The notes below the pieces were generated by a model. That model saw only the letters and a list, made by a program, of their open reading frames with translations. It had not been told where the DNA came from and ran no database searches. This document shows, piece by piece, positions 27,164-36,174 of a DNA stretch of 59,985 nucleotides. Source of the stretch: a virus (taxonomy: Duplodnaviria; Caudoviricetes); IMG/VR virus record IMGVR_UViG_3300024051_000138, positions 1-59,985 of that record. The stretch is one strand, 5' to 3'. Position 1 is the first letter of the stretch, and the number at the start of each line of letters is the position of its first letter. The translations under genes were made by a program, and so were the position numbers.

Positions 27164-27685
27164 ATGAACACCACGAGTACCCCCCCCAAGGCCACGGGCC
27201 AGATCATCTGGGACACCATGCTGGCGTTGCGTGAGAATGGCCAGGCGATCACCCGCCAGCGGCTCATGGAGCTCACTGGGATGAAGTACACCCTGGTGGA
27301 TGACCATACCAGCCGCTGGATTGATGATGGGCGGCTGCGGCGTGTCACAGACGGCGTGTACGAGCTCCCGGAGCCAACACCAGAGCCCCGGCCCGTGTCC
27401 GTCACGGACTTGCATGACGGCATGACGGTGATCGAGGTGGGCGACCAGGAACTGCGCGTGTGGCCGCCAGAGGCACGCGCGATCGGGCTGCGCCTGGTGG
27501 GCAATGCCATGCAGTTCGCCCAGCTCCAGACCCAGCACGACGTGGGCGCGCTCCTGGTGCAGGCCACGGTGCGCAACCAGGCGCTGGCGGACCGGCTGAG
27601 CGACCTGGAGCGAAAGAACGCCGAGTTGGAGCGGCAACTGACATCTGCGCTGCAGTCGAAGCAGATGGCGCTGATCGACGGGTAA
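27164..27685 (+). CDS. Winged-helix protein with coiled-coil tail; candidate late transcription activator
   Basis: ITRQRLMELTGMKYTLVDDH..DGRLRRVTDGVY; last early gene, stop abuts the first late-promoter motif. The activator role is inferred. Confidence 0.65.
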   Translation: MNTTSTPPKATGQIIWDTMLALRENGQAITRQRLMELTGMKYTLVDDHTSRWIDDGRLRRVTDGVYELPEPTPEPRPVSVTDLHDGMTVIEVGDQELRVWPPEARAIGLRLVGNAMQFAQLQTQHDVGALLVQATVRNQALADRLSDLERKNAELERQLTSALQSKQMALIDG

Positions 27686-27744
27686 CCCCCGTATAGGGTT
27701 AGACCAAAGTTGCCAGCCCCGCAACCATGCAGGGCGATGGCAAC
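27686..27744 (+). promoter_or_regulatory. Putative late promoter 1 (terS)
   Basis: CCCCCGTATAGGGTT-N22-AACCAT-N8-ATG. Confidence 0.8.
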
Positions 27745-28423
27745 AAGCAACCTCTCCACTTCAGAGATCATCCCCGCCGGTGCGGGCGGCGCAGCCGCCC
27801 CTGGGCGTCGGCGTGCCGACTGGGAAGCCATCGAGCGCGACTACCGTACCGGTCAGTTTTCCGACCAGGAACTGGCGGACAAGCACGGCAACGTCGTCTC
27901 CCGCCAAGCGATCAGCAAGCGCGCCAAGCTCCAGGGATGGCAGAAAGACCTGAGTGTGGAGGTCCGCCGCGCCACCAAGGCCAAGCTGATTGCTGAGCAG
28001 GTTGCCGAGCGAGTTGCCGAAGAAGTTGCCGGAAAGGTTGCCAGGAATGGCAACGCAACCATTGAGGCGGTACTTGCGGCTGCGGAGACCAACAAGCAGG
28101 TGATCCTGAGCCATCGGCGCGACATCGGCAAGCTGTCCACGCTGGCGCTTTCGCTGGTCAACCAGATCGAGACGGCTGCCAATGAGCCCGCGGCGGAGAA
28201 GAAGCTGCCTCTCGGGGATCTCGTGCTGATGGCCCAGCGCGCTGGCCAGACTCTTGGCCGGTTGCAGCAGATGGAGCGCGTGGCATTCGGGCTGGATGAG
28301 CCGGACGATCCGGCCGGCGCCGCTGGCGTGTCCAGTCTCACCGATGCCCAGCGTGCGGCGCGCCTGGCGTCGCTCACGGCGCTGGCCCGCCAACGCAAGG
28401 AGGGTGACAGCGATGAGGGCTGA
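27737..28423 (+). CDS. terS: Terminase small subunit (putative)
   Basis: DWEAIERDYRTG..AISKRAK..GW; directly upstream of terL. Confidence 0.8.
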   Translation: MATSNLSTSEIIPAGAGGAAAPGRRRADWEAIERDYRTGQFSDQELADKHGNVVSRQAISKRAKLQGWQKDLSVEVRRATKAKLIAEQVAERVAEEVAGKVARNGNATIEAVLAAAETNKQVILSHRRDIGKLSTLALSLVNQIETAANEPAAEKKLPLGDLVLMAQRAGQTLGRLQQMERVAFGLDEPDDPAGAAGVSSLTDAQRAARLASLTALARQRKEGDSDEG

Positions 28424-29975
28424 AGAGTCCCCGGGCGAGCTGATGGAGCTGATGAAGTACCTCAGCCCGGAGGAGCGCGCTGAGCTGGATGAACTGCTGA
28501 CCCAGGGCCTGCCGTTGTGGATGCCCCAGGTTGGCCCGCAGATGGCGGCGCTGCAGTCGCCAGCCGATATCCTCTTCTACGGCGGCACGGCAGGCGGCGG
28601 AAAGACGGACCTGCTGCTGGGTGCGTCACTGACAGAGCAGCAGCACAGCATCATCTTCCGGCGCGAGGCGGTGCAACTCGTCGGCCTCGAGGAACGCATG
28701 ACCAAGATCCTGGGCACGCGAGCTGGCTACAACAGCCAGAGCGGCCTGTGGCGCTTGCCCGGCGACCGCGTGATGGAGCTGGGTTCGGTGAAAGACCCGG
28801 ACGACTGGATGAAGTACCAAGGCCGGCCGCACGACCTGAAGGGCTTCGACGAGATCTGCCACTTCACGGAACTGCAGTTCCGCACGCTGATCGGCTGGAT
28901 GCGCACGGATGACCCAGCGGTACGTCAGCGCGTGATATGCGCCGGCAACCCGCCCACGAGCGCCGAGGGCGAATGGGTCATCCGGTACTGGGCGCCATGG
29001 CTGGACCCCATGCATCCCAACCCTGCCAAGCCTGGTGAGTTGCGGTGGTTCGTCACCGACGAGCAAGGCAAGGACAAGGAGGTGCTAGGCCCCGAGCCGG
29101 TACTGGTGGGCAAGGAGTGGATGAAGCCCAAGAGTCGCACGTTCATCAGCGCGGATGTGGATGACAACCTCTTCCTGCAGGTCACCGGCTACAAGGCTAC
29201 CCTGCAGGCGCTGCCTGAGCCGCTTCGCTCGCAGATGCTGCGTGGGGACTTCATGGCCGGTCGTTCGGACCCCGTATGGCAGCTCATCCCCACGGAATGG
29301 GTGAAGGCCGCCATGGCGCGTTGGAAAGAGCGCGACCAGAAGGGGCCAATGACAGCGCTGGGGTTCGACCCGTCGCGCGGTGGCATCGACAAGTCCTCAG
29401 CGGCACGCCGGCATGGCAACTGGTTCGACCGTCTGGTGACAGCGCCAGGCGTTGTGACCAAGGATGGCCCCACGGCTGCAGGCTTCGTCGCTCCGTTGGT
29501 ACGTGACGGTGCGCCCATCGCAGTGGACAGCATCGGCATCGGCTCCAGCGCATTGGATTTCCTCGTGGGCCTGGGCCTGAACGTGCATCCCGTGGTGGGC
29601 TCGCAGGCTAGCAGCTTGATGGACAAGGCCGGGCAGCTCCACTTCAAGAACAAACGGGCCGAGATGCACTGGCTCCTGCGCGAAGCGCTGGACCCCACGA
29701 ACCCGGACCCCGTAGCGCTGCCTCCAGACCCTGAACTGGAGGGCGATCTGACGGCCCTTCGCTACAAGGTCGTGACCATGGGCAAGGGCGCGGCCATCCT
29801 GATCAACAGCAAGGACGAGATCCGCGAAGTGCTGGGCCGTAGCCCAGACAAGGGCGATTCCGTCGCCAACACATTCGTCGCCGATCTGCCTGCGCCTAAG
29901 ACCAAGCCGCGCGAGAAGTCCTGGCGTGAGCGCCTGGGCGTCAAGGCAAAACGAGGATCGGCGCAAGCCGCGTGA
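28413..29975 (+). CDS. terL: Terminase large subunit
   Basis: YGGTAGGGKT Walker A, FDE Walker B, GNP, GFDPSRGGID, RSPDKGD. Confidence 0.94.
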   Translation: MRAEESPGELMELMKYLSPEERAELDELLTQGLPLWMPQVGPQMAALQSPADILFYGGTAGGGKTDLLLGASLTEQQHSIIFRREAVQLVGLEERMTKILGTRAGYNSQSGLWRLPGDRVMELGSVKDPDDWMKYQGRPHDLKGFDEICHFTELQFRTLIGWMRTDDPAVRQRVICAGNPPTSAEGEWVIRYWAPWLDPMHPNPAKPGELRWFVTDEQGKDKEVLGPEPVLVGKEWMKPKSRTFISADVDDNLFLQVTGYKATLQALPEPLRSQMLRGDFMAGRSDPVWQLIPTEWVKAAMARWKERDQKGPMTALGFDPSRGGIDKSSAARRHGNWFDRLVTAPGVVTKDGPTAAGFVAPLVRDGAPIAVDSIGIGSSALDFLVGLGLNVHPVVGSQASSLMDKAGQLHFKNKRAEMHWLLREALDPTNPDPVALPPDPELEGDLTALRYKVVTMGKGAAILINSKDEIREVLGRSPDKGDSVANTFVADLPAPKTKPREKSWRERLGVKAKRGSAQAA

Positions 29976-29979
29976 CACC

Positions 29980-32079
29980 ATGGAACAAGCAGCACAAGAG
30001 AACTGGCAGCGCTACCAGTACGGTAAGGACCGAGGGCATCTGCGTTACATGGCTCAGGCCGCACGCTGCGAGGGGATGTACCTGGGCGGCGGCCGGCAGT
30101 GGAGCCCGGAAGATGCGGCCATCCTGGCAGAGCAGGGGCGCCCTGCCTACGAGTTCAACGAGGTCTTGCCGTCGATCAATAGCGCCATCGGCTACCAGAT
30201 CCAGAACCGCATGGACATCGCGTACCGACCCAAGGGGGGCGATGCGGATCTGAACACGGCGACGATCCTGTCGAAGCTGGCCATGCACATCTGCCAGGGC
30301 AACCAGTTCCACTGGCAGGAGACGCAGCTCTGCGGAGACGGGTTCATCGAGCACCGCGGGTACTGGGACGTTCGTGTTTCCTTCGACCAGAACATCAAGG
30401 GAGAGATCGTCATTGGCACGCTGGACCCGCGCGATGTGGTGCCAGACCCGGACGCCAAGACCTACGACCCGGATGGCTGGGGCGATGTGACGGTGACGCG
30501 CTGGCTTACGCTGGACGAGATTGATCAGCGCTACGGCAAGGAGGCCCGCAGGATCGCCCTTGAGAGCAATGACCAGGGACACGACTTCGGGGAAGAGGAC
30601 GCAGAAACCAGGCGCAACACGTTTGGCTCCGAAGGGCTACGTGGCTTGTCGGATGCCTACATGGCCAGCGGCGACAGGATTGACCGCTATCGCGTGATCG
30701 ACCGCCAGCGGTTCGTGTTCGAACTGACGCCGTGCCTGGTGTTTCCGCAGTCCGGGGACGTGCAGATCGAGGCCAACCTGTCGGCGGAATCCATCGAGGA
30801 TGCCCTGCGTCAGGGCGCGGTGCGCGCCAAGCGCATGCAGCGCCGAGTGAAGTGGGTGGTTTCGACCTACTCGCGCGTGCTCTTTGACGAGTACAGCCCC
30901 TATGAGCACTTCACCGTGGTGCCGTACTTCTGCTACTTCCGCCGCGGTCAGACCAGCGGCATGGTGGACAACGCCATTGGCCCGCAAGAGGCGCTGAACA
31001 AGGCAGTGAGCCAGTACATCCACATCGTCAACTCCATGGCGAATTCAGGATGGACGGTGGAGGAGGGATCGCTGACCAACATGGACACCGACGACCTGGA
31101 GGAGAACGGTGCTCGCACCGGCCTGGTTATCGAATACAAGCGGGGGAGCACGGCACCCGCCAAGATCCAGCCCAATCAAGTTCCTGCCGGTGTTGATCGC
31201 CTCATTGATCGGTCTGATAAAGCACTGAAGGACGTCACAGTACCCGAGGCCATGCGCGGCATAGGCGGTGCCAACGAGGCTGGCGTCGCCATCCAGTCAA
31301 AGCAGTTCGCCAGCCAGCAGCAACTCTCCGTACCGCTGGACAACCTGGCCTATTCGCGGCGCCTGCTGGCGATGCGAATCCTGAAGCTGATCCAGCGCTA
31401 CTACGACAGCTATCGAGTGTTCCGCATCACCGAGACGGACCCGCTGACCGGCAAGAACGTGGAGCGTGTGCTGGAGATCAACAAGTTCGATCCGGCCACG
31501 GAGAGCTACCTCTACGACGTGACGGTGGGCACCTACGACGTCGTGATCTCCGAAGTGCCGATGCAGGTGACCTTCGAGAACAGCCAGTTCCAGCAGGTGC
31601 TGGACATGCGCAAGGAGGGCATCCGCATTCCAGATGCCGTGGTGGTCAAGTACTCCGGCCTCACCGACAAGCAGGAAATCCTGGACAGCCTGCAGGGCGA
31701 CAAGCCTCCCGTGGACCCGTCGCTGCAAGCCAAGGCCGATCTGCTGGAGGCCCAGACACGCAAGACAGATGCCGAGGCCGATCTCGTGCGCTCGCGCACC
31801 GTGAACGAGGGTGTCACCGCCATGTACAGCTCCACCCAGGCCGCTCAGGTGCTCATGCAGGTGCCAGGCGCTTCAAGCGTAGCCGATGGCCTGCTGCGAT
31901 CAGCGGGTTTCGTGGACAAGGATGCCGCCCCAATCGTGCCTGCTGCGCCGGCCGTGGCCCAGCCCGTGGACTTGCCACACAACACCGACCCGCTCACCCC
32001 GGCCGGACCAGCCCGAGGGCTGATGTCCGGCATCGAAACCCAGCGCGCCGATGGCGTGCGCGTACCACCCCAAACCTGA
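29980..32079 (+). CDS. Portal protein, P22-like
   Basis: GRQW..GRP..FN; PQEALNK; GVAIQSKQ; 699 aa, follows terL. Confidence 0.88.
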   Translation: MEQAAQENWQRYQYGKDRGHLRYMAQAARCEGMYLGGGRQWSPEDAAILAEQGRPAYEFNEVLPSINSAIGYQIQNRMDIAYRPKGGDADLNTATILSKLAMHICQGNQFHWQETQLCGDGFIEHRGYWDVRVSFDQNIKGEIVIGTLDPRDVVPDPDAKTYDPDGWGDVTVTRWLTLDEIDQRYGKEARRIALESNDQGHDFGEEDAETRRNTFGSEGLRGLSDAYMASGDRIDRYRVIDRQRFVFELTPCLVFPQSGDVQIEANLSAESIEDALRQGAVRAKRMQRRVKWVVSTYSRVLFDEYSPYEHFTVVPYFCYFRRGQTSGMVDNAIGPQEALNKAVSQYIHIVNSMANSGWTVEEGSLTNMDTDDLEENGARTGLVIEYKRGSTAPAKIQPNQVPAGVDRLIDRSDKALKDVTVPEAMRGIGGANEAGVAIQSKQFASQQQLSVPLDNLAYSRRLLAMRILKLIQRYYDSYRVFRITETDPLTGKNVERVLEINKFDPATESYLYDVTVGTYDVVISEVPMQVTFENSQFQQVLDMRKEGIRIPDAVVVKYSGLTDKQEILDSLQGDKPPVDPSLQAKADLLEAQTRKTDAEADLVRSRTVNEGVTAMYSSTQAAQVLMQVPGASSVADGLLRSAGFVDKDAAPIVPAAPAVAQPVDLPHNTDPLTPAGPARGLMSGIETQRADGVRVPPQT

Positions 32080-32089
32080 GGAGAACGAC

Positions 32090-32266
32090 ATGGCCAAGTC
32101 AACTGGCATCGCAATGGACAAGGAATGGCAGGCCGAGAGCGACATGCGCACGCTGGCCGAGGCCGAAGAGATCCGCAAGGACCCGAAGCGCCTGAAGGCC
32201 GCCCTGGCCAAGGCGGAAGAAAAGATCGCCGAACTGCGCGAACTGCAGTCGGTCGGCAAGAAGTAA
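32090..32266 (+). CDS. Small conserved phage protein
   Basis: WQAESDMRTLAEAEEIRKDPKRLKAA. Confidence 0.8.
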   Translation: MAKSTGIAMDKEWQAESDMRTLAEAEEIRKDPKRLKAALAKAEEKIAELRELQSVGKK

Positions 32267-32290
32267 CCACCACCAGAAAGGACCACTGAG

Positions 32291-33316
32291 ATGAACCCCC
32301 TCCTGAGAAAGCTCCTCGCCCGCTACATGGCTCCCGCCGGAGACGATGGCGCGGACACCAGCGGCGCAGACACGGCGCTGGCTGATCCTGGCGACGATGA
32401 CAATGATGGTGATGGGCCGGAAGACCGTGGCGATGTGGTCGATCCCTCGCTTACGGAAGCTAACCTGCGCGCCCTTGTCGATTCCGGCGGCGCGGACGAT
32501 GGCAATGGACGGCCGGCTGCTTCTGCCACCGATCCCGAGCAGGTCGCAGACGATGCTGGTGAGGATGGCACGCAGAAGCCGCAGGGCATCCCGAAGGCGC
32601 GCTTCAACGAAGTCAACGACCGGCGCAAGGCTCTCGAGGCCGAGAACGAGGAGTTGCGCCGTCAACTCGAGGCAGCGCAGAAGGCGCCGGCCCCTCAGCA
32701 AGAGGCCAAGGCCCAAGCAGCTGCTCCTGCCGCAGAGGCGACGCAGTTCGATGTGGATGCCAAGGAACAGGAGTATGCGGCTGCGCTGATCGAAGGCGAC
32801 ACGGCCAAGGCCTCGAAGATCCGCCGCGAGATCAACGCGCACCTTGTCAGCGAGGCCGAATCCCGGGCCGATGCCAAGGTGATCGCGCGCACCAACGAGC
32901 AGTTGCTGCGCGATGAAGTGGCCGCCACGATCCAGGCCCACCCGTGGCTGAACGAGGAGGTCGGCGCGGACGCGCTGGACTTGATCGTGGCCAAGCGTGA
33001 CGCAGAGATCGCCAAGGGCAAGGCCCCTCACATCGCTCTGCGCGAGGCGGTTGCGAAGATCGCGCCGCGCTTCGCGCCTGCTGAGGCGGGTGCTACCCCC
33101 CCTAAGGGGTTGGCTGGCAAGGAGGATGCGGAAGACACTCGCATCGCCAACGCCAACAAGCGCGGCGCGGCTGACTCCCTGAAGCAGCCCGCCTCGATGG
33201 CCGAGGCTGGTGTCGGCAACCGCGCATCCGGTGGCCAGGTCGATGTGGAGAAGCTCACGGACGAACAGTTCGAAAAGCTCTCCAAGGAAGAGAAGAGCCG
33301 ACTGCGCGGCGACTGA
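32291..33316 (+). CDS. Scaffolding protein (putative)
   Basis: Acidic N-terminus, IPKARFNEVN coiled coil, C-terminal LTDEQFEKL..LRGD; precedes the capsid gene. Confidence 0.8.
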   Translation: MNPLLRKLLARYMAPAGDDGADTSGADTALADPGDDDNDGDGPEDRGDVVDPSLTEANLRALVDSGGADDGNGRPAASATDPEQVADDAGEDGTQKPQGIPKARFNEVNDRRKALEAENEELRRQLEAAQKAPAPQQEAKAQAAAPAAEATQFDVDAKEQEYAAALIEGDTAKASKIRREINAHLVSEAESRADAKVIARTNEQLLRDEVAATIQAHPWLNEEVGADALDLIVAKRDAEIAKGKAPHIALREAVAKIAPRFAPAEAGATPPKGLAGKEDAEDTRIANANKRGAADSLKQPASMAEAGVGNRASGGQVDVEKLTDEQFEKLSKEEKSRLRGD

Positions 33317-33475
33317 CACCGGCCGGCAAGGACTCGCCCGCCTTGCCGGTCTATACGGGCGCATTCGTCCTGGGGAGGACGTGAATCCACCTGGCGCTCT
33401 TGACCGCCTCACCAGTCATGCATCTCGCTTTGGCAGCGCAACGCCTGTTTCGTAACCAAATCTAGGAGCATGGCG

Positions 33476-34579
33476 ATGAGCCTAACCAATTTCGCGGCGT
33501 TGACGCCGAAACAAAAGCTCGTCTGGTCGCGCGACGTGTGGCAGGCCGCCCGCGACCAGATGTTCATCAAGCGCTTCATGGGTTCCGACGAGAACTCCAT
33601 GATTCAGGTCATCAAGGAGCTGACCAAGACTGAGAAGGGTGACCAGTGCATCTTCCAGCTGGTAGCCGACCTGGTCGAGGATGGCGTGATCGGGGACAAC
33701 GAGCGCGAGGGCAACGAAGAGATGATGCAGTCCTTCGCCCAGATCATCGGCGTTGACTTGATGACGCACAGCGTGCGCAACAAGGGCAAGCTGGCCGACC
33801 AGAAGACGGTGATCAACTTCCGCGAGATGGGCAAGAGCCGCCTGTCGTACTGGCTGGCCAACCGCTGCGACCAGCTCGCGTTCCTGGCGATGTCTGGCAT
33901 CAGCTTCGCGTACAAGAACAACGGCGCCCTGCGTGCGGGCTCTCCGTTCCCCAACCTGGCATTCGCCAGCGACGTGAAGCCGCCCAGCGCCAAGCGCTCG
34001 CTGATGTGGGACGGCAGCTCGCTGCAGACGTCGAACACCGGCAGCATCACGAATGCGTTCGTGCCCAACTACAAGATGATCGTGGACGCGATCGCCTACG
34101 CCAAGGAGCACTACATCCGCGGCCTGATGAGTGGTGGCAAGGAGTACTACATCCTGCACATCCACCCGCAGACGCTGGCGCAACTGAAGAAGGACCCCGA
34201 CTACCAGCGCGCCGTCATCGCCGTGGCCACCAAGTCCGGCCTGGACTCGCCCTGGTTCACGGGCGCCACGGTGACTGTGGATGGCGCGGTGATCCACGAG
34301 CACCGCCTCGTCTACAACACCAAGGGTGCGGCCTCGGGTTCCAAGTGGGGCTCCGGTGGGACTGTGAACGGCACCCGCTCGATGCTGTGCGGTGCCCAGG
34401 CCCTGGGCATGGCCGACCTCGGAGCCCCCGAGTGGGTCGAGAAGAAGTTCCAGTACGACAGCCAGCAGGGCATCAACGTCGACAAGATGTGGGGTCTCCT
34501 GAAGCCGCAGTTCTATTCGATCTACGACGAGTCGGTCGAAGACTTCGGCAGCCTGGCGATCGACCACTACCTGCAGTAA
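33476..34579 (+). CDS. Major capsid protein, N4-gp56/DUF4043-like
   Basis: TNFAALT..WSRDVW..ELTKTEKGD..EGNEE; AGGAG 7 nt before ATG 33476; strong codon bias. Confidence 0.9.
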   Translation: MSLTNFAALTPKQKLVWSRDVWQAARDQMFIKRFMGSDENSMIQVIKELTKTEKGDQCIFQLVADLVEDGVIGDNEREGNEEMMQSFAQIIGVDLMTHSVRNKGKLADQKTVINFREMGKSRLSYWLANRCDQLAFLAMSGISFAYKNNGALRAGSPFPNLAFASDVKPPSAKRSLMWDGSSLQTSNTGSITNAFVPNYKMIVDAIAYAKEHYIRGLMSGGKEYYILHIHPQTLAQLKKDPDYQRAVIAVATKSGLDSPWFTGATVTVDGAVIHEHRLVYNTKGAASGSKWGSGGTVNGTRSMLCGAQALGMADLGAPEWVEKKFQYDSQQGINVDKMWGLLKPQFYSIYDESVEDFGSLAIDHYLQ

Positions 34580-34587
34580 GCAGCCAC

Positions 34588-34617
34588 GGGCGGGGCCTGC
34601 GCCCCGCCTTCATCTTT
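34588..34617 (+). terminator. Hairpin / weak terminator after the capsid gene
   Basis: GGCGGGGC-CTGC-GCCCCGCC followed by TTCATCTTT. Confidence 0.6.
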
Positions 34618-34642
34618 CCCCTGTTGATGAAAGGAGGCCGTC

Positions 34643-35044
34643 ATGGCCATCAAGAAACACTCCGGTCGCCAGGAGCTGATTGTGGCGCACATGAGCATCA
34701 GCTTTGCCGATCCCACAGCCTACGGCACGGCTGAGGACGCTTTCGATCTGCCGGGCAATGCCATCCTGGCCGGCGGCGATGTGACGGTGCTCACGCCCTG
34801 GAACAGTACCACCACGGCTACGCTGAAGCTGGGTGATGCGGCTGTGTCCGATCGCTACACCGCGGCGCCCATCGACCTCAAGACTGCGGGCCGCACTGCG
34901 CTGACCGTCACTGGCTACAAGCACACGGTGTCCGAAGCGCTGAAGGCATTGCTCGCCCAGACGGGCACAGCAGCTACGGCCGGTAAGGCGCGCATCACGC
35001 TCCTCTACTTCGTCGAGGGCCGCGCTGAATTCAGCCAGGGCTGA
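34643..35044 (+). CDS. Putative capsid decoration / minor head protein
   Basis: 133 aa, beta-rich, GGAGG RBS, follows the capsid gene. Confidence 0.7.
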   Translation: MAIKKHSGRQELIVAHMSISFADPTAYGTAEDAFDLPGNAILAGGDVTVLTPWNSTTTATLKLGDAAVSDRYTAAPIDLKTAGRTALTVTGYKHTVSEALKALLAQTGTAATAGKARITLLYFVEGRAEFSQG

Positions 35045-35060
35045 GCCTTTCTCAGTGGTC

Positions 35061-35109
35061 AGGCCTTCGGGCCTTTTCTCCCGGAGGCCTGGCGGCTTCC
35101 GGGCTTTTT
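35061..35109 (+). terminator. Tandem hairpins with T tracts
   Basis: AGGCC-TTCG-GGCCT-TTT and CCCGGAGGCC-TGGC-GGCTTCCGGG-CTTTTT. Confidence 0.7.
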
Positions 35110-35122
35110 GAAGGACAACATC

Positions 35123-35491
35123 ATGAAGCTGCGTTCCCCCACTGACGAACCCCTGCACATCGGCCTGACTTCGGGCCACACGCTGGTGATCCCCGGCGAC
35201 GCTGAAGGCGTCGATGTGCCCCTCATCTTCCGCCGCGAAGCCCTGTCGCGTGGCGCCGTGCCCCCGGGCGAGGCGATCGATCCTGCAACGCCGGCCGGCA
35301 CTCCTGGCTTGGACCGTGCCGAAGTCATCCGCGATGCCCTGAATGACATGCTGGACGGCGGCAGCGAAGACGACTTCACGGCCGACGGCAAGCCAAACCT
35401 GCGCAAGCTGAACAGCCGCCTCGGTTTCCAGGCCTCGCGCGAGGAAGCCGACAAGATCTGGGCCGAAGTCTCGGCTGGTGGCCAGGGCTGA
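35123..35491 (+). CDS. Hypothetical virion-region protein
   Basis: DFTADGKP..L..RLGF..SREE. Confidence 0.75.
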   Translation: MKLRSPTDEPLHIGLTSGHTLVIPGDAEGVDVPLIFRREALSRGAVPPGEAIDPATPAGTPGLDRAEVIRDALNDMLDGGSEDDFTADGKPNLRKLNSRLGFQASREEADKIWAEVSAGGQG

Positions 35492-35504
35492 AGCGGAGCT
35501 CGCT

Positions 35505-36164
35505 ATGAAAGTAGGAGACTTCATCGACCGATTCAGGAAGACCGTGTTCGACAACGCGGAATCGCAGTTCTGGTCGGACGAAGAGATCATCTCCTACCTG
35601 AATGAGGCGGTGCAGGAGGCGTGCGAGCGGGCCAAGCTGATCGAGGACCGCTCCATGTCCCTGGCTACCGTTCCAGGGCAGGACACGTACGACCTGCACC
35701 ACAGCGTTCTCGAGATCAAGCGGTTGACCCTTCGGGCTCGGCCGCTCGATGAAACCAGCGTGGAGGAGCTCGACTGCGATGCCCCAGGCTGGGAGCTGCG
35801 TTCGGGCCATCCGCGTTGCTTCATCTTCGAGCAGGCCAGCGGCGTGCAGCCGCCCAAGGTGCGCCTGGTGCCTGTGCCGACCATGGCAGAACCCATTGCC
35901 CTGACCGTTTACCGCGGCGCGCTGCAGGCACTCAACGCCTGCATTTCAACGGCACAGCCCGAAATCCCATCCCGCTTCCATGAGCGGCTGATGGACTGGG
36001 TGTATCACTGCGCGTACCTCAAGCAGGATGCCGACACCTTCGATCCCAAGAAGGCTGCCGAGTCACTGGCGTTTTTCACCCAGGCTTTCGGCGAGCGCAT
36101 CGATGCGAACGTGCAGCGCAAGCAGCGCGACAAGCGGCCGCCTGTGGTGCGCATGATTTTCTGA
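35505..36164 (+). CDS. Head-tail adaptor protein (putative)
   Basis: FWSDEEIISYLNEA..PEIP..H..L.DW..AYLKQD. Confidence 0.75.
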   Translation: MKVGDFIDRFRKTVFDNAESQFWSDEEIISYLNEAVQEACERAKLIEDRSMSLATVPGQDTYDLHHSVLEIKRLTLRARPLDETSVEELDCDAPGWELRSGHPRCFIFEQASGVQPPKVRLVPVPTMAEPIALTVYRGALQALNACISTAQPEIPSRFHERLMDWVYHCAYLKQDADTFDPKKAAESLAFFTQAFGERIDANVQRKQRDKRPPVVRMIF

Positions 36165-36174
36165 AAGGCTCCCC

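Noticed and set aside
27710-27736. Upstream starts given by the ORF track for terS (27710), holin (57354), terL (28254) and portal (29926)
   Set aside because: Promoter spacing, RBS position and gene overlaps favour ATGs at 27737, 57384, 28413 and 29980.
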